From an uncultured bacterium (GTDB lineage: Bacteria > Patescibacteriota > Minisyncoccia > Phycocordibacterales > CAIZLB01): a stretch of 51,878 bases of DNA. Under the pieces are notes generated by a model. It saw only the letters and a list, made by a program, of their open reading frames with translations. It searched no databases and was not told the DNA's origin. The stretch is from positions 1 through 51,878 of the forward strand of contig CAINHC010000037.1 in NCBI GenBank assembly GCA_903848795.1, read 5' to 3'. The position numbers were made by a program, and so were the translations under genes. Each line of letters begins with the position of its first letter. Within the stretch, counting starts at the first letter, position 1. Of the stretch, positions 10,270 through 19,944 are shown piece by piece.

Positions 10270-11217
10270 TTATATAGCGTAACATATTGTTCCAGTTCGG
10301 GAGATACTATGTTGTCTTATGTATATTTTATAATCAGGTCTAAGCGATTTAATATAAAATGGTATTTCCCAAAAGTCTGACGGCTTGTGATATATACAGA
10401 TAGCCAGTTTAGGTTTGTGCTTTTTGATTATTTCTTGAGCACCCTTAAGTCCCTCAATCTCCGTTCCTTCAATGTCCATCTTAATGTATGTAATTCTATT
10501 TTTGTCCGACTCACTCATGAATGAATCTAGAGAAACAACTTCAACATCATCTCCGTTTGAGTCTGCGGACAATGATGAACCTATTCCCTTTAAGTCAACT
10601 TTGAGTTTCTTATTTTTCGAATAGACCCCTTTAAGATAGCAAGATATCTTGTCCGGAGATATGGCAAGCCTCTTTGTTGTTTGGATTAATTTTCCAAAAT
10701 TTAACTCATCGATTTCAAAGCTGAATATGTGTCCGAATTTATTGTGTGTTTTGTGTACAAAGCTTTCAATTGTATCCCCTGTAAAACCACCACAGTCAAC
10801 TAAAACCTCATTTGCGGACAGATGCACGATTCCTTCTGGAAAATACTCATCTTCATCTAGTAGATTTAGATGTTTTTCATATAAACCATGTTTATGTAAA
10901 AACTCCTGTTCGCCAGTACCATCATAGGTACAAAAATAATTAATCTGAGACCGTAGCGTTTCTTTAGATTTATCGTCCTCGGTTAGGTTGATTAACTTTT
11001 CTATGTCTTGTCTGTGAAGCTTGTAAAAATTTACAAAAGTCTTTTTACGTTGATAGCTTAATATTATTTTAGGTATATACACCAATAGAAGTGTAATTTT
11101 TTTTATAAAAATTACAAAAAAAGAATTATTGTCCTTGTTGTTTATGAATGAACTCAATTTACTCCTAAAAGAAGGTTTTGTCTCCAGTCCAAGGTAGTCT
11201 AGATAATTATTTTGCAT
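10270..11217 (-). CDS. FkbM family methyltransferase
   Basis: VDCGGFTGD, FSFE, IKMDIEGTE, KPKLAICIYH. Confidence 0.88.
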   Translation of the reverse strand: MQNNYLDYLGLETKPSFRSKLSSFINNKDNNSFFVIFIKKITLLLVYIPKIILSYQRKKTFVNFYKLHRQDIEKLINLTEDDKSKETLRSQINYFCTYDGTGEQEFLHKHGLYEKHLNLLDEDEYFPEGIVHLSANEVLVDCGGFTGDTIESFVHKTHNKFGHIFSFEIDELNFGKLIQTTKRLAISPDKISCYLKGVYSKNKKLKVDLKGIGSSLSADSNGDDVEVVSLDSFMSESDKNRITYIKMDIEGTEIEGLKGAQEIIKKHKPKLAICIYHKPSDFWEIPFYIKSLRPDYKIYIRQHSISRTGTICYAI

Positions 11218-11227
11218 TTTTATTTTC

Positions 11228-12043
11228 CTATAAATTATTGAATTCCTCTGGGTTTTTTGAGTATATTAGCAAATTCTTAGGCATCCAAAAAGGTATAAAT
11301 ACGCCCGTGTGTTTTACGTCAGGATTACGCATTATTTCTGGGGGATTCGTTTCATTTTTAGCTTCTTCTGTTAATTTTGAAATTAAACTCTCAATTTTTG
11401 ATACCCTCCTGTATCCTTTCTTTAAAAACAGATTATCCCAATACTCGCTTTCTTGCTCATTAACGTGGAATTCCCCACCTTGTCCAGGAGTGGCAGCGGT
11501 CATCATTATCAGTCTTGGGTTGAAACGCATCATGTTGTCTATGTATTTATCTACAAATTTATGTTCTATGTGTTCAGCTACCTCGATAGACATTACCATA
11601 TCGAACTCCCCAGCAATATTATTTAATGGTTCACGCAAGTCTGCAAAAACTACCAGATTTGGATCACACACCAGCATGTCCTTTGCATTTTCACCACCCT
11701 CAATACCCAACACTTTAATACCTGTTTTTTGCAGAGCATTAATCCAATGTCCTGTTGCACACCCAAAATCTATAACAGATTTAATGTTCAGTAATTTAAC
11801 AAGTTTAGGTGATAAATATTCTGCCATTGGTCTACTGTCGTTTAAGTTATCGATAAAGAACCTTTTAGGATAAGCGTGCTTTAAGGAATATTTCCCTTCT
11901 TTGATTCTTACAATCTTACCACTGAGGTTGTTGGCAAGACCTTTAATGCTCATCTTTTTATATTCATTGACCTTCATTTTAACTCTCTTTGAAACTCCTG
12001 CTAAACCTTCATTTTTGTATACGGCTTTTATTTTTTTTATCAT
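11228..12043 (-). CDS. Class I SAM-dependent methyltransferase
   Basis: VIDFGCATG, SIEVAEHI, PGQGGEFHVNEQ. Confidence 0.85.
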   Translation of the reverse strand: MIKKIKAVYKNEGLAGVSKRVKMKVNEYKKMSIKGLANNLSGKIVRIKEGKYSLKHAYPKRFFIDNLNDSRPMAEYLSPKLVKLLNIKSVIDFGCATGHWINALQKTGIKVLGIEGGENAKDMLVCDPNLVVFADLREPLNNIAGEFDMVMSIEVAEHIEHKFVDKYIDNMMRFNPRLIMMTAATPGQGGEFHVNEQESEYWDNLFLKKGYRRVSKIESLISKLTEEAKNETNPPEIMRNPDVKHTGVFIPFWMPKNLLIYSKNPEEFNNL

Positions 12044-12126
12044 TATTTTTTAATTATATTGTCTTTGTTTAAAATTATCAAATTTATAAATAACTATACA
12101 ATAATCTATAAATCTTGTTTTGAGAA

Positions 12127-12918
12127 CTATTTTTCCAATGTTAAGAAGTAGAATGATCCGAAATATGGCACACGCTTTCCAATAAAAGTGTTGGCTGTGA
12201 TATATATCTTCAATAATCTGGGGAACTTAAGAATAATTAAACTTCTGATTGTTGAAGGGATTCTCATTGTGTGTGCACCATATCTTCTTTTGATCCTGAA
12301 ACCCGCGTTAGTTGCTATAGCCTCTATTTTTTTGGGTGTAAATGAATAATGCCTTATTTGTTCCCAAGAGGGGTTTTGCGCTCTTTGTTCATCCAGGTTT
12401 TTTAGTATGCTTCTATTTTTAATTTTGGATAAACCATATAACATACTATTGCCATTTGGCATAGAAAATAGAAGGGTGCCACCAGGTTTGATTACTCTGT
12501 ATAATTCGTTCATGGCCTTTCCATAGTCTGGTATGTGTTCTAAAACTTCCGAACAAACACCAACATCTATGGAATTATCGTCTAGGGGTATTTTGGTTAT
12601 ATCCACCCTTTTAAATTCGACTGAACCATTATCATCAGATATATTTTTAATTGCAAAATCTAATTCCTTCTGGTCGTATTCAAAACAAAATATTCTATTA
12701 TATTTATTTTGGGCCATTTTTGTATATGGTCCACGTCCGGCGCCTGCGTCCAAGAAAGTTTTAAATTTACTAGAATTTTCTTCTATAAATTTTTGAACAA
12801 TCGAAGCTTTTATTAAGTGATAGAATCTATTTGGAGCAGATGGGTTATCATAATCTAAGAATTTATCCATAAATGGAATATTAATTATAGCCCCTAAATT
12901 ATCTTGTAGATTTTTCAT
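12127..12918 (-). CDS. Class I SAM-dependent methyltransferase (Methyltransf_11-like)
   Basis: LDAGAGRG, SEVLEHI, RVIKPGG; ATG start at 12918. Confidence 0.85.
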   Translation of the reverse strand: MKNLQDNLGAIINIPFMDKFLDYDNPSAPNRFYHLIKASIVQKFIEENSSKFKTFLDAGAGRGPYTKMAQNKYNRIFCFEYDQKELDFAIKNISDDNGSVEFKRVDITKIPLDDNSIDVGVCSEVLEHIPDYGKAMNELYRVIKPGGTLLFSMPNGNSMLYGLSKIKNRSILKNLDEQRAQNPSWEQIRHYSFTPKKIEAIATNAGFRIKRRYGAHTMRIPSTIRSLIILKFPRLLKIYITANTFIGKRVPYFGSFYFLTLEK

Positions 12919-14695
12919 TTTTTTGTGCAATAAAGTTATAATTTTTTTTCATTAGTATCTCTGCAGTTTCGAGTGTAAATTTTTCGCCATGCTCAGTTTT
13001 AATCGAATATCCGAACGATGTTAATAGATTATAAATGTCAATCCAAGTATAATTGTATACCCTGTAGTTATTTTTTTGCATCTCAAAGAAAATATCTGGT
13101 GAACATTTGGACAAGATTTCTTTAGAACCTTCTAAAACTAATAGCTCAGCTCCCTCGGTGTCAATTTTAATAAGATCTATAGAAGGTCTATCGTTCTGAT
13201 TCCACCATATATCAAGGGGGGTGGTCTGTACTCTAATATTTTTTCCACTTCCACCTCTGCCAGTATCTATTAGTCCATCACCAGAGCAGTTTGCCTCGTT
13301 GTGTACAAAAAAAGATAATTCACCCTCCTTGTTACTTAGTGCGAAGTTGTATAACTTTAGCCTGTCTTCAATGTTATTGGATTCAATTGTTTTTTCAAAT
13401 AGCTCGTGCTGATGTGGTGATGGCTCAAACGCAAATATTTTTGATGAGGGAAATTTATTTAATACATATAAACTGATTAAGCCAATGTTGGCGCCAACAT
13501 CTATAAAAACAGGATTCTTGATTTTTTCTAATGATTTTTCTAAAATTTTGCAGGTGTCCTTTTCGTATATTCTATTCATCATGACATGGTTAACTATACC
13601 CGTTCCTTGTTTAGAACAGCTGTAAAACAATTTAAATCCAAGATAATTTCTATATCTAATAAACGGCCCTTTGTCAGTGACTCTTTCCAGAAGGTCCAAA
13701 TATAAATTTCTTCTATTTTTCCTGGAAGCAAAAGGAAGAGTAAAGATTCTAAAAAAGGGAAGTGTATACAAGACAAATCTATCGACCAACCTCTTGAGAG
13801 ATTCTATTTTTTCTCGGTTGTCCATTGATAAAAACTTTTTTATTTTCCTTGCTATATTCATGTTTGTAAAATTATTTCTTAGTATTCTAATTAATGATAA
13901 TGATTTTTGTCGTAAAAGCCATGGTAGCTTTAGGTTTTTGTCTCTTTTGGCCCATATTGGATACAAATTCAATTTATCCCAATCGTCTTGCCAGATTTCA
14001 TATGCTGAGACTGACTGTACTCCATTAATTTTGCATAATATTGAAAATATACTTTGATCGTGGCGATTTTCTATAAAGCCTGCAAGGTTAGGTGTTTTTG
14101 ACGGGGAGTCATCAACCAAATTAAAATTTTCTTGAAATACTCTTAGCCACTCTTCAATTAGTCGTATTGTGTCTTTGTTTTTTCTAATCACAAAGGTGGT
14201 TGCGGCTATCATTCCTGTGTTATATATATCAGGTCTATTAATTGCATCAAAATGCTTAAAAATATCCCCCTTGCTGTATAGTTTGTCTAGATGAGAAAAA
14301 CAAACTGTTAAGTTTGGATTTTCAGATTTGACTGCCTCTTGAAAAACTAGCATTCCAAAATTATTTGATTTAACGATTTCAAAGTATTCATTCAGTCGAT
14401 TGACACCCGCTTTATTTAAGTGACATCCAACGTCTGAGTATAGAAGTATGTCATTATCACCCATCTTCCTCATTGTCTGCAGAATAATTTGTGGCTTCCA
14501 AACCCAGTATCCATAACCCCTAGATCCCTTAACTAATCTATCCTTAAATTCTTTGAGAAAATCGATATCCAAATTATTCTCGTCATTTATAAAAATCTCA
14601 TCAAAATATTTCATTGATATTGCTTGATTTTTAATTCTGTTTAGCGATTCGGACATTCGGGAATCAGCAAAGGTGCAAAAATATTTTTTGTACAT
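12899..14695 (-). CDS. Two-domain protein: N-terminal GT-A-like sugar transferase fused to C-terminal FkbM methyltransferase
   Basis: N-half GYGYWVWKP / LYSDVG / RHDQS; C-half IDVGANIG, FAFEP, KIDTEGAE. Confidence 0.75.
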   Translation of the reverse strand: MYKKYFCTFADSRMSESLNRIKNQAISMKYFDEIFINDENNLDIDFLKEFKDRLVKGSRGYGYWVWKPQIILQTMRKMGDNDILLYSDVGCHLNKAGVNRLNEYFEIVKSNNFGMLVFQEAVKSENPNLTVCFSHLDKLYSKGDIFKHFDAINRPDIYNTGMIAATTFVIRKNKDTIRLIEEWLRVFQENFNLVDDSPSKTPNLAGFIENRHDQSIFSILCKINGVQSVSAYEIWQDDWDKLNLYPIWAKRDKNLKLPWLLRQKSLSLIRILRNNFTNMNIARKIKKFLSMDNREKIESLKRLVDRFVLYTLPFFRIFTLPFASRKNRRNLYLDLLERVTDKGPFIRYRNYLGFKLFYSCSKQGTGIVNHVMMNRIYEKDTCKILEKSLEKIKNPVFIDVGANIGLISLYVLNKFPSSKIFAFEPSPHQHELFEKTIESNNIEDRLKLYNFALSNKEGELSFFVHNEANCSGDGLIDTGRGGSGKNIRVQTTPLDIWWNQNDRPSIDLIKIDTEGAELLVLEGSKEILSKCSPDIFFEMQKNNYRVYNYTWIDIYNLLTSFGYSIKTEHGEKFTLETAEILMKKNYNFIAQKNEKSTR

Positions 14696-14696
14696 A

Positions 14697-16223
14697 TTAT
14701 TTTATACTTAGTTTGTTAAATATTTTACGTACAGACGTTGTTGCTTCATCCCAGTCTTCTTTTTCCACGAAGCCAAATGTTTTGTATAATATCATGAAGA
14801 CTATGACACTGACTGGCCCAGCGATTATTAATTTTGTCATATTTGTAATTAAAGGACTCAATAAGAATCTGACGATTATAAAAAATGGGATAGTTGTAAT
14901 TATAATCTTTGTAAGCAATTTAAGGTGAATATTTTCTTTAATATGAAAGTACTTTTTTTCAGAGTAATGCAACATAAAGAATATGAATAGAACCGATATT
15001 AAATAAGACAGAGCTGCACCATTAATACCATAAATTGGTAGAAAAATAAATAATGAAATTATATTTATTATTGCCATAACAATGGAACTGGTAGTTAAAA
15101 ACTTCATCTTATTCATTGCTGTCAAAAGATTGGATAGTGGACTGAATAAGGCTAGGGTAAAGTTTGTTAGTACAAGCAATATTAATACTTTAGATGATTG
15201 GTTAACAAAATTTGCATCTAACCAATAGAATAATATTTTATCTGTTAAAAAAATAATAGACAAAGATATGGCAGAAGATAAGATTGTGATTAATCTAATT
15301 GATCTTATATAAACCCTTTTTATTTTATCTGTATCATTTATGGATTGAAGATTGACAGTAATAGGAAAGAGTAGTGATGAGAAGGTCGAAGATATGCTGG
15401 ATATTTTTGTAGCTATACTTCCCGGTACGCTGTAATAAGTTAATTGAGCGTTGCCTAGAAAAACAGGAATCAAAAGTTTGTCGAAATGTACCAAGGATGA
15501 GTTGGCTAAATTATTAAATGCTACTGATATTCCAAATTTATAATTTTTTATCAATTCTGTCTTATTCCAATAATATTTGAATTGCATAATTGGAAACACT
15601 CTTTTTGCAATAATAACGTATATTACAGAACTAATTACCATTAATACTAATTGCATTAACAATACTGGGATAATTCTATATCCGAGTAATACCAAGATTA
15701 GCATACTAACATTAGATAATAGCATAAATGACATTGATATCTTTGTCTGTACATCATACCTTTGTATTGTTACAAAAATATTACTGTAATTTGCAAAAAA
15801 TGAACCACATGAAGTAGTTAGTCCAAGTATAAAGAAAATCAATAAATAATTATTACCGACACCTACCCTCTCAAGAAACATTACTTGAATTATTATTCCG
15901 ATACTGACACATATTATAAAATATAATATGGACATTAATAAATAAATTGAATTCATTGAGTAAATCAGATCTCTAAGTTTATCTGTTTGGTTTTTTGCTT
16001 TGTATTCAATTATGTGTTTGCTTGTCGCTGTACTTATACCTAGGTCTAATAATCCCAAAAAAACAGTTATTGTATTTAGAAAAATATATATACCATATTC
16101 CTTAACGCCCCATCTGGAAATTATTATTGGTGTAATAAAAACAATAACTATAATTGGCAGCACAAAACTAATGAAATTATATATAGAATTCTTTAATGCA
16201 GTTTGCGCGCTGGTGTTAATCAT
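14697..16223 (-). CDS. wzx: Wzx-type polysaccharide flippase
   Basis: About 12-14 hydrophobic segments, WGVKEYGIY, LDLGI, DKLLI, YGINGAA; located in glycan locus. Confidence 0.88.
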   Translation of the reverse strand: MINTSAQTALKNSIYNFISFVLPIIVIVFITPIIISRWGVKEYGIYIFLNTITVFLGLLDLGISTATSKHIIEYKAKNQTDKLRDLIYSMNSIYLLMSILYFIICVSIGIIIQVMFLERVGVGNNYLLIFFILGLTTSCGSFFANYSNIFVTIQRYDVQTKISMSFMLLSNVSMLILVLLGYRIIPVLLMQLVLMVISSVIYVIIAKRVFPIMQFKYYWNKTELIKNYKFGISVAFNNLANSSLVHFDKLLIPVFLGNAQLTYYSVPGSIATKISSISSTFSSLLFPITVNLQSINDTDKIKRVYIRSIRLITILSSAISLSIIFLTDKILFYWLDANFVNQSSKVLILLVLTNFTLALFSPLSNLLTAMNKMKFLTTSSIVMAIINIISLFIFLPIYGINGAALSYLISVLFIFFMLHYSEKKYFHIKENIHLKLLTKIIITTIPFFIIVRFLLSPLITNMTKLIIAGPVSVIVFMILYKTFGFVEKEDWDEATTSVRKIFNKLSIK

Positions 16224-17440
16224 TGTTTTATGTGGTTTAGCTGAGTGTTGTATAGGTTAATATATTTATTATAAAAAATAACTTTAGAATATTTGGTTTC
16301 AATAAGATTTCGTCCAGCTTTACTCATTTTTTCCAGAGATTCATTATCTGTTAGCAGCCTGTCAATATCTAGTGATAGCGATTCGCTATTATTTTGGGTC
16401 AGTACTCCAACGTCATCGTTAACCAATTCTCTCACCACAGGAAGATCGAACCCAACAACAGGTATTCCACAAGAAAGCGCTTCGGCTGCTGATAATAGGA
16501 ATGTTTCTGCAACGGAAGCAAAACAAAAGATATCACTCAAGGAATATAATTCAGACATCATCTGTTTGTCATAAATATAATCAAAAAACTTCAGATTATT
16601 CTTTTCTGGTATTTTTCCGTTACCTACACCTATAAAAAGATAATTTGTTCCACTTAATAATTCCGCGGCCTCTAATATGTAATTAATACCCTTGCTCTTG
16701 TCACTTAAATTTGAAGCGGAAAAAAGTATTATTTTCTTATTCGTAGGTAAATTGTATTTTACTCGTAGATCTCTTTTATTAATCGCTGGTTTAAATATCT
16801 CTGTATCAACACCATTGTAGATTACTTCACTTTTGAATTTATTCAAAAATGATTTTTCTATATTGTCATGTAGCCAAACAGAAGGGCAAACGGTGGTCAT
16901 GTTTGATTGATTCAAAAAAACCTCTTTTTTCTTGGCGAACATATATTTTTGAAAAAAAGAAAAATAATTTTTTGGGTAACTGTAACTATTGGTGCATTTA
17001 CCTAATCCAGTTTTACAGTGGTTGCACCCTAGGCTATGTGCTGGCATCCATGTAATAGGCCATTCATCGTGAAGGGAATAGACTATTGGTATATTGGATT
17101 TACTTAGAAAATTCAGAAGAGTGAAGAAATTTATATAATAACCGTGTAAATTGTGTAAATTGATTAAATCGAAATTTCCCTTTTTAATAAAATTTATTAG
17201 TTTTTTGGTTGAAAAATAACTACCATAACCCTCAAGTCCTAGAAATCTAACCAAAAATATGTGAATGAACATCTCAATTCTGTTTCCGAAATAAAATGTT
17301 TTGGGAATGTTTCCTTGAGAATTACGTCCATAGGCAAAATGAATATCAAAATTTGAATTTAAATTTTCAAATATATCACGAGCGACTCTTGCGGCCCCAC
17401 CTTTATTGAGAGTTGTATTTATTATTAAAACCTTCTTCAT
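16220..17440 (-). CDS. Glycosyltransferase family 4 (WcaC-like)
   Basis: GGAARVA, LHNLHG, SLHDEW, NGVD, ETFLLSAAEALSCGIPVV. Confidence 0.88.
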   Translation of the reverse strand: MKKVLIINTTLNKGGAARVARDIFENLNSNFDIHFAYGRNSQGNIPKTFYFGNRIEMFIHIFLVRFLGLEGYGSYFSTKKLINFIKKGNFDLINLHNLHGYYINFFTLLNFLSKSNIPIVYSLHDEWPITWMPAHSLGCNHCKTGLGKCTNSYSYPKNYFSFFQKYMFAKKKEVFLNQSNMTTVCPSVWLHDNIEKSFLNKFKSEVIYNGVDTEIFKPAINKRDLRVKYNLPTNKKIILFSASNLSDKSKGINYILEAAELLSGTNYLFIGVGNGKIPEKNNLKFFDYIYDKQMMSELYSLSDIFCFASVAETFLLSAAEALSCGIPVVGFDLPVVRELVNDDVGVLTQNNSESLSLDIDRLLTDNESLEKMSKAGRNLIETKYSKVIFYNKYINLYNTQLNHIKQ

Positions 17441-17457
17441 TTTCAAAATGTTAGGTC

Positions 17458-17466
17458 ATTATAGCA
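17458..17466 (-). promoter_or_regulatory. Extended -10 promoter (TGcTATAAT) of the glycan operon
   Basis: Reverse complement reads TGCTATAAT about 18 nt upstream of the first gene's ATG. Confidence 0.55.
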
Positions 17467-17497
17467 TAAAATATATTGATTTTATCTGTTTTTTGTA

Positions 17498-17525
17498 TTG
17501 ACTTCCAATCATCTCATGGTACTAT
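17498..17525 (+). promoter_or_regulatory. Sigma70-type promoter driving an intergenic transcript
   Basis: TTGACT-16 nt-TACTAT with extended TG. Confidence 0.6.
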
Positions 17526-17531
17526 ATTTCA

Positions 17532-17833
17532 ACTGGGTCATGCCCAGCGGCGTCTACTCGCCACGTCTACAATGGGGACATTGCGGCGGGGAAGGGTGCG
17601 GCACAGATGGTCTTTAATTTGAGTGAGCAATTAAATAACTTTGAATATCGGCTGGCTGCTTTCATTCAGAGTAAATTTGCACAAAAGCACTTGGAATAAA
17701 ACATCTGTGTCGCGCTTGATTGCACGCCTGGGCGTTCAGGAAAGACCTAAATAGTCTAATCTCAACAACGTTTATTAAAAACGTTTCCTAACACCGTACT
17801 ATCCGTCCACCGCGTAAATTGCGCGGTTTTTTT
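17532..17833 (+). ncRNA. Candidate ~300-nt structured RNA of unknown family (contains a 30-codon sORF)
   Basis: Promoter upstream, several GC-rich stems including a 14-bp long-range helix, intrinsic terminator at the end. Confidence 0.5.
17809..17833 (+). terminator. Rho-independent terminator
   Basis: ACCGCGT-aaatt-GCGCGGT followed by a T run. Confidence 0.7.
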
Positions 17834-17921
17834 ATATCAATTTTCATCCTAAATATTAAAGCTGAAAACATAATTAAAATCAACCAACGATCAATGCTAA
17901 ACTCAGCGCCAGACCCACATC

Positions 17922-19025
17922 TTAGCTCATTTTCATCAAACCCCACCCCTTTGGCGCACGACTTAAAAATCCTTCAATTTCAGCTCCGCTTAGTAATCCT
18001 TCATGCGACCCAATATGCTGACAAACATTCATTCCATTAATAGACGCCCATTTAAGACAATCTTCGACGCTCATTCCACGCATGTAACATGCTGAAAAGG
18101 TGGCTGAGAATGCATCGCCTGCACCATTTCGCTCCACCGGCTTTCCGATATCATTATAAATTGGCATTCTGTAAGGTTCGCCGTCAATTAAAACATAAGC
18201 CCCAGCTGGTCCGTCTGTTATGACCGGCAACTTAATACCTAGTGCGCAAAGCTCCAATAATAATCTCTTTATATTTTGCGAACGCTCCTGAAGGCTTGAG
18301 CTCGCCTTAACAATTTCAAGGCCCAAAATATTTTCCGCTTCCTCTAGGTTGCAGAAAAACAATTCACTTCTCGCATAAATTTTACGTAGTGCTTCGCGAC
18401 CCATCTTCAATTGAAATGTTCCTGGCTGAAAAATTAGTTTTACATCTTTGTTTGCATCTAAATATTTTTCAATTTCTTTATGAAATTCCACCGAGTGTTC
18501 GCTTAGTGAACTTAGATACAACCACTTTGTATTTAGAACGGGGGGAAGGGAATAGGTATACTCTTCATGTTTTGTCAAAATTGTCCTATCATCCTTGTAC
18601 CAAAGAATGTAGTGATAATTTGTCTTTCTTCCACTGTTTATCTTTACGAACTCAGCGTCCACTTTTTCATTCCTAAATTTTTCAATTGATTTTTGACCAT
18701 ATAAATCATCCCCCACATTGCTTATTATTGCCGTCCTCAGTCCAAGTCGAGCGCATGCGACCGCTACATTTCCGCTATTTCCAACAGCAAAAACTTCAAT
18801 TGATTCCTCGTAAGGGATTTTTTCTCCAAACGCTAATCCTAATTCACGATGGCCGGTGATTGGGTTGATAGATTCGCGCACTTTATTTTGTTCTGACGGG
18901 CGGTGTCCGTTTTTGTCGCTCGAATCTCCGCCATGTCCAAGTCGAATAAAAGCATCTACAGCAATATCGCCAATTGTGATAATGTCGTATTCGTTATTAA
19001 AGATCTTTTTGAAGATTGAGGACAT
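17922..19025 (-). CDS. PfkB family carbohydrate kinase
   Basis: GNSGNVAVACARLG, VGDD, ITDGPAG, NGAGDAF. Confidence 0.88.
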   Translation of the reverse strand: MSSIFKKIFNNEYDIITIGDIAVDAFIRLGHGGDSSDKNGHRPSEQNKVRESINPITGHRELGLAFGEKIPYEESIEVFAVGNSGNVAVACARLGLRTAIISNVGDDLYGQKSIEKFRNEKVDAEFVKINSGRKTNYHYILWYKDDRTILTKHEEYTYSLPPVLNTKWLYLSSLSEHSVEFHKEIEKYLDANKDVKLIFQPGTFQLKMGREALRKIYARSELFFCNLEEAENILGLEIVKASSSLQERSQNIKRLLLELCALGIKLPVITDGPAGAYVLIDGEPYRMPIYNDIGKPVERNGAGDAFSATFSACYMRGMSVEDCLKWASINGMNVCQHIGSHEGLLSGAEIEGFLSRAPKGWGLMKMS

Positions 19026-19197
19026 ATTGATTGTGTTTTGAAAAACTTGGTGTGCGCGCTCGATATATTTACTTACACCAAAATTCGTGTATAAAAATAT
19101 TATAACATATTTTTTGTTTGGAAGGAGAATTAAGTAGCGAAAGATTCAGTGTGTCGGGAACTCCGACTTACTCCAACTCATTAATCTAGAAATTTTT

Positions 19198-19225
19198 TTG
19201 ACATATTTTTTGTGTTTGATAATAT
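19198..19225 (+). promoter_or_regulatory. Sigma70 promoter of repeated RNA, copy A
   Basis: TTGACA-16 nt-TAATAT with extended TG; same arrangement in copy B. Confidence 0.7.
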
Positions 19226-19230
19226 ATTGG

Positions 19231-19315
19231 AAGCGTTTGTAGGGGTTCGCCCTCTTACAGCATTGCTGTTGACAAACGCTAACAAGATGCATCGCCAAGA
19301 GCGGTGTTTTTTGTT
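19231..19315 (+). ncRNA. Candidate small structured RNA, copy A
   Basis: AGCGTTTGT/ACAAACGCT closing stem, GGGG-TTCG-CCCT and ACAGC/GCTGT hairpins, terminator CATCGC-caaga-GCGGTG-T6; covaries with copy B. Confidence 0.7.
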
Positions 19316-19332
19316 GCACTTAATTTTTTTTA

Positions 19333-19806
19333 TTAATCTTCTTCTGGCATACCTTCATGTAAAATCCTAGTCATCGTATCCTTATTCATACCCCAAAATG
19401 GAATAATGCTCCAAAAGAATATTTTTCCGCCATCTATTTGTTTCAATATGATTTTAACTCTATTCCTATTTATTATAGCTAAAAACTCATAATAACTTAC
19501 TGATTTTAAAACTGTATCTGTTCTGCTGTGAATTCTTATTCTCTCAAATCTTTTTGTCTCTAGTAAACCTTGTAAAGTATTAGATTTCCTAACAATTTCA
19601 GGAGCTAGACCTAGAAGCTTAAATCTCATGTATTGGTCTTGAATAGGTCTATAGTTGTCTCTTCCTTTAAATCTAAGATGTTCTAATCCATGATAAGTGA
19701 AAGCAACTTTTGCTTGAAAATAAGGACAATAAACTTCTTTTACTTCTCTGTAAGCTTTTTTACTTTGTTCTTTGAGTTTTTCAAAATCATTAATATTAAT
19801 TTGCAT
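19333..19806 (-). CDS. Hypothetical basic 157-aa protein, possibly a BECR/RelE-like ribonuclease
   Basis: Clean ORF with a leaderless-type promoter (TGaTATTAT-6 nt-ATG); FTYHGLEHL motif and C-terminal beta-rich KIILKQ..KIFFWSIIP pattern resemble BECR-fold toxins (inference only). Confidence 0.6.
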   Translation of the reverse strand: MQININDFEKLKEQSKKAYREVKEVYCPYFQAKVAFTYHGLEHLRFKGRDNYRPIQDQYMRFKLLGLAPEIVRKSNTLQGLLETKRFERIRIHSRTDTVLKSVSYYEFLAIINRNRVKIILKQIDGGKIFFWSIIPFWGMNKDTMTRILHEGMPEED

Positions 19807-19911
19807 GGAGAGATAATATCATTTTGGGCCTAATGGAATTTAAAATAAATTATAAAGAAAATGCTAGTAAAATATGTAGTTCAACAAAGTTAAATCTTTG
19901 ACTAATTTTGC

Positions 19912-19939
19912 TTGACAATTTTTTCGTTCTTGATAATAT
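19912..19939 (+). promoter_or_regulatory. Sigma70 promoter of repeated RNA, copy B
   Basis: TTGACA-16 nt-TAATAT with extended TG. Confidence 0.7.
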
Positions 19940-19944
19940 ATTGG

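Noticed and set aside
8569-16223. Alternative genetic code 25 (TGA=Gly, as in Gracilibacteria/Absconditabacteria)
   Set aside because: TGA serves as stop in ATGA gene overlaps (8569-8572, 16220-16223) and genes are full length under code 11.
17532-17833. tmRNA (sORF contains NNFEYRLAA, resembling a tag), RNase P RNA (CAGGAAAGACC) or group II intron start (GTGCG)
   Set aside because: No tRNA-like ends or T-loop and no stop after LAA; the other RNase P conserved regions are absent; no domain V/VI or intron RT is present.
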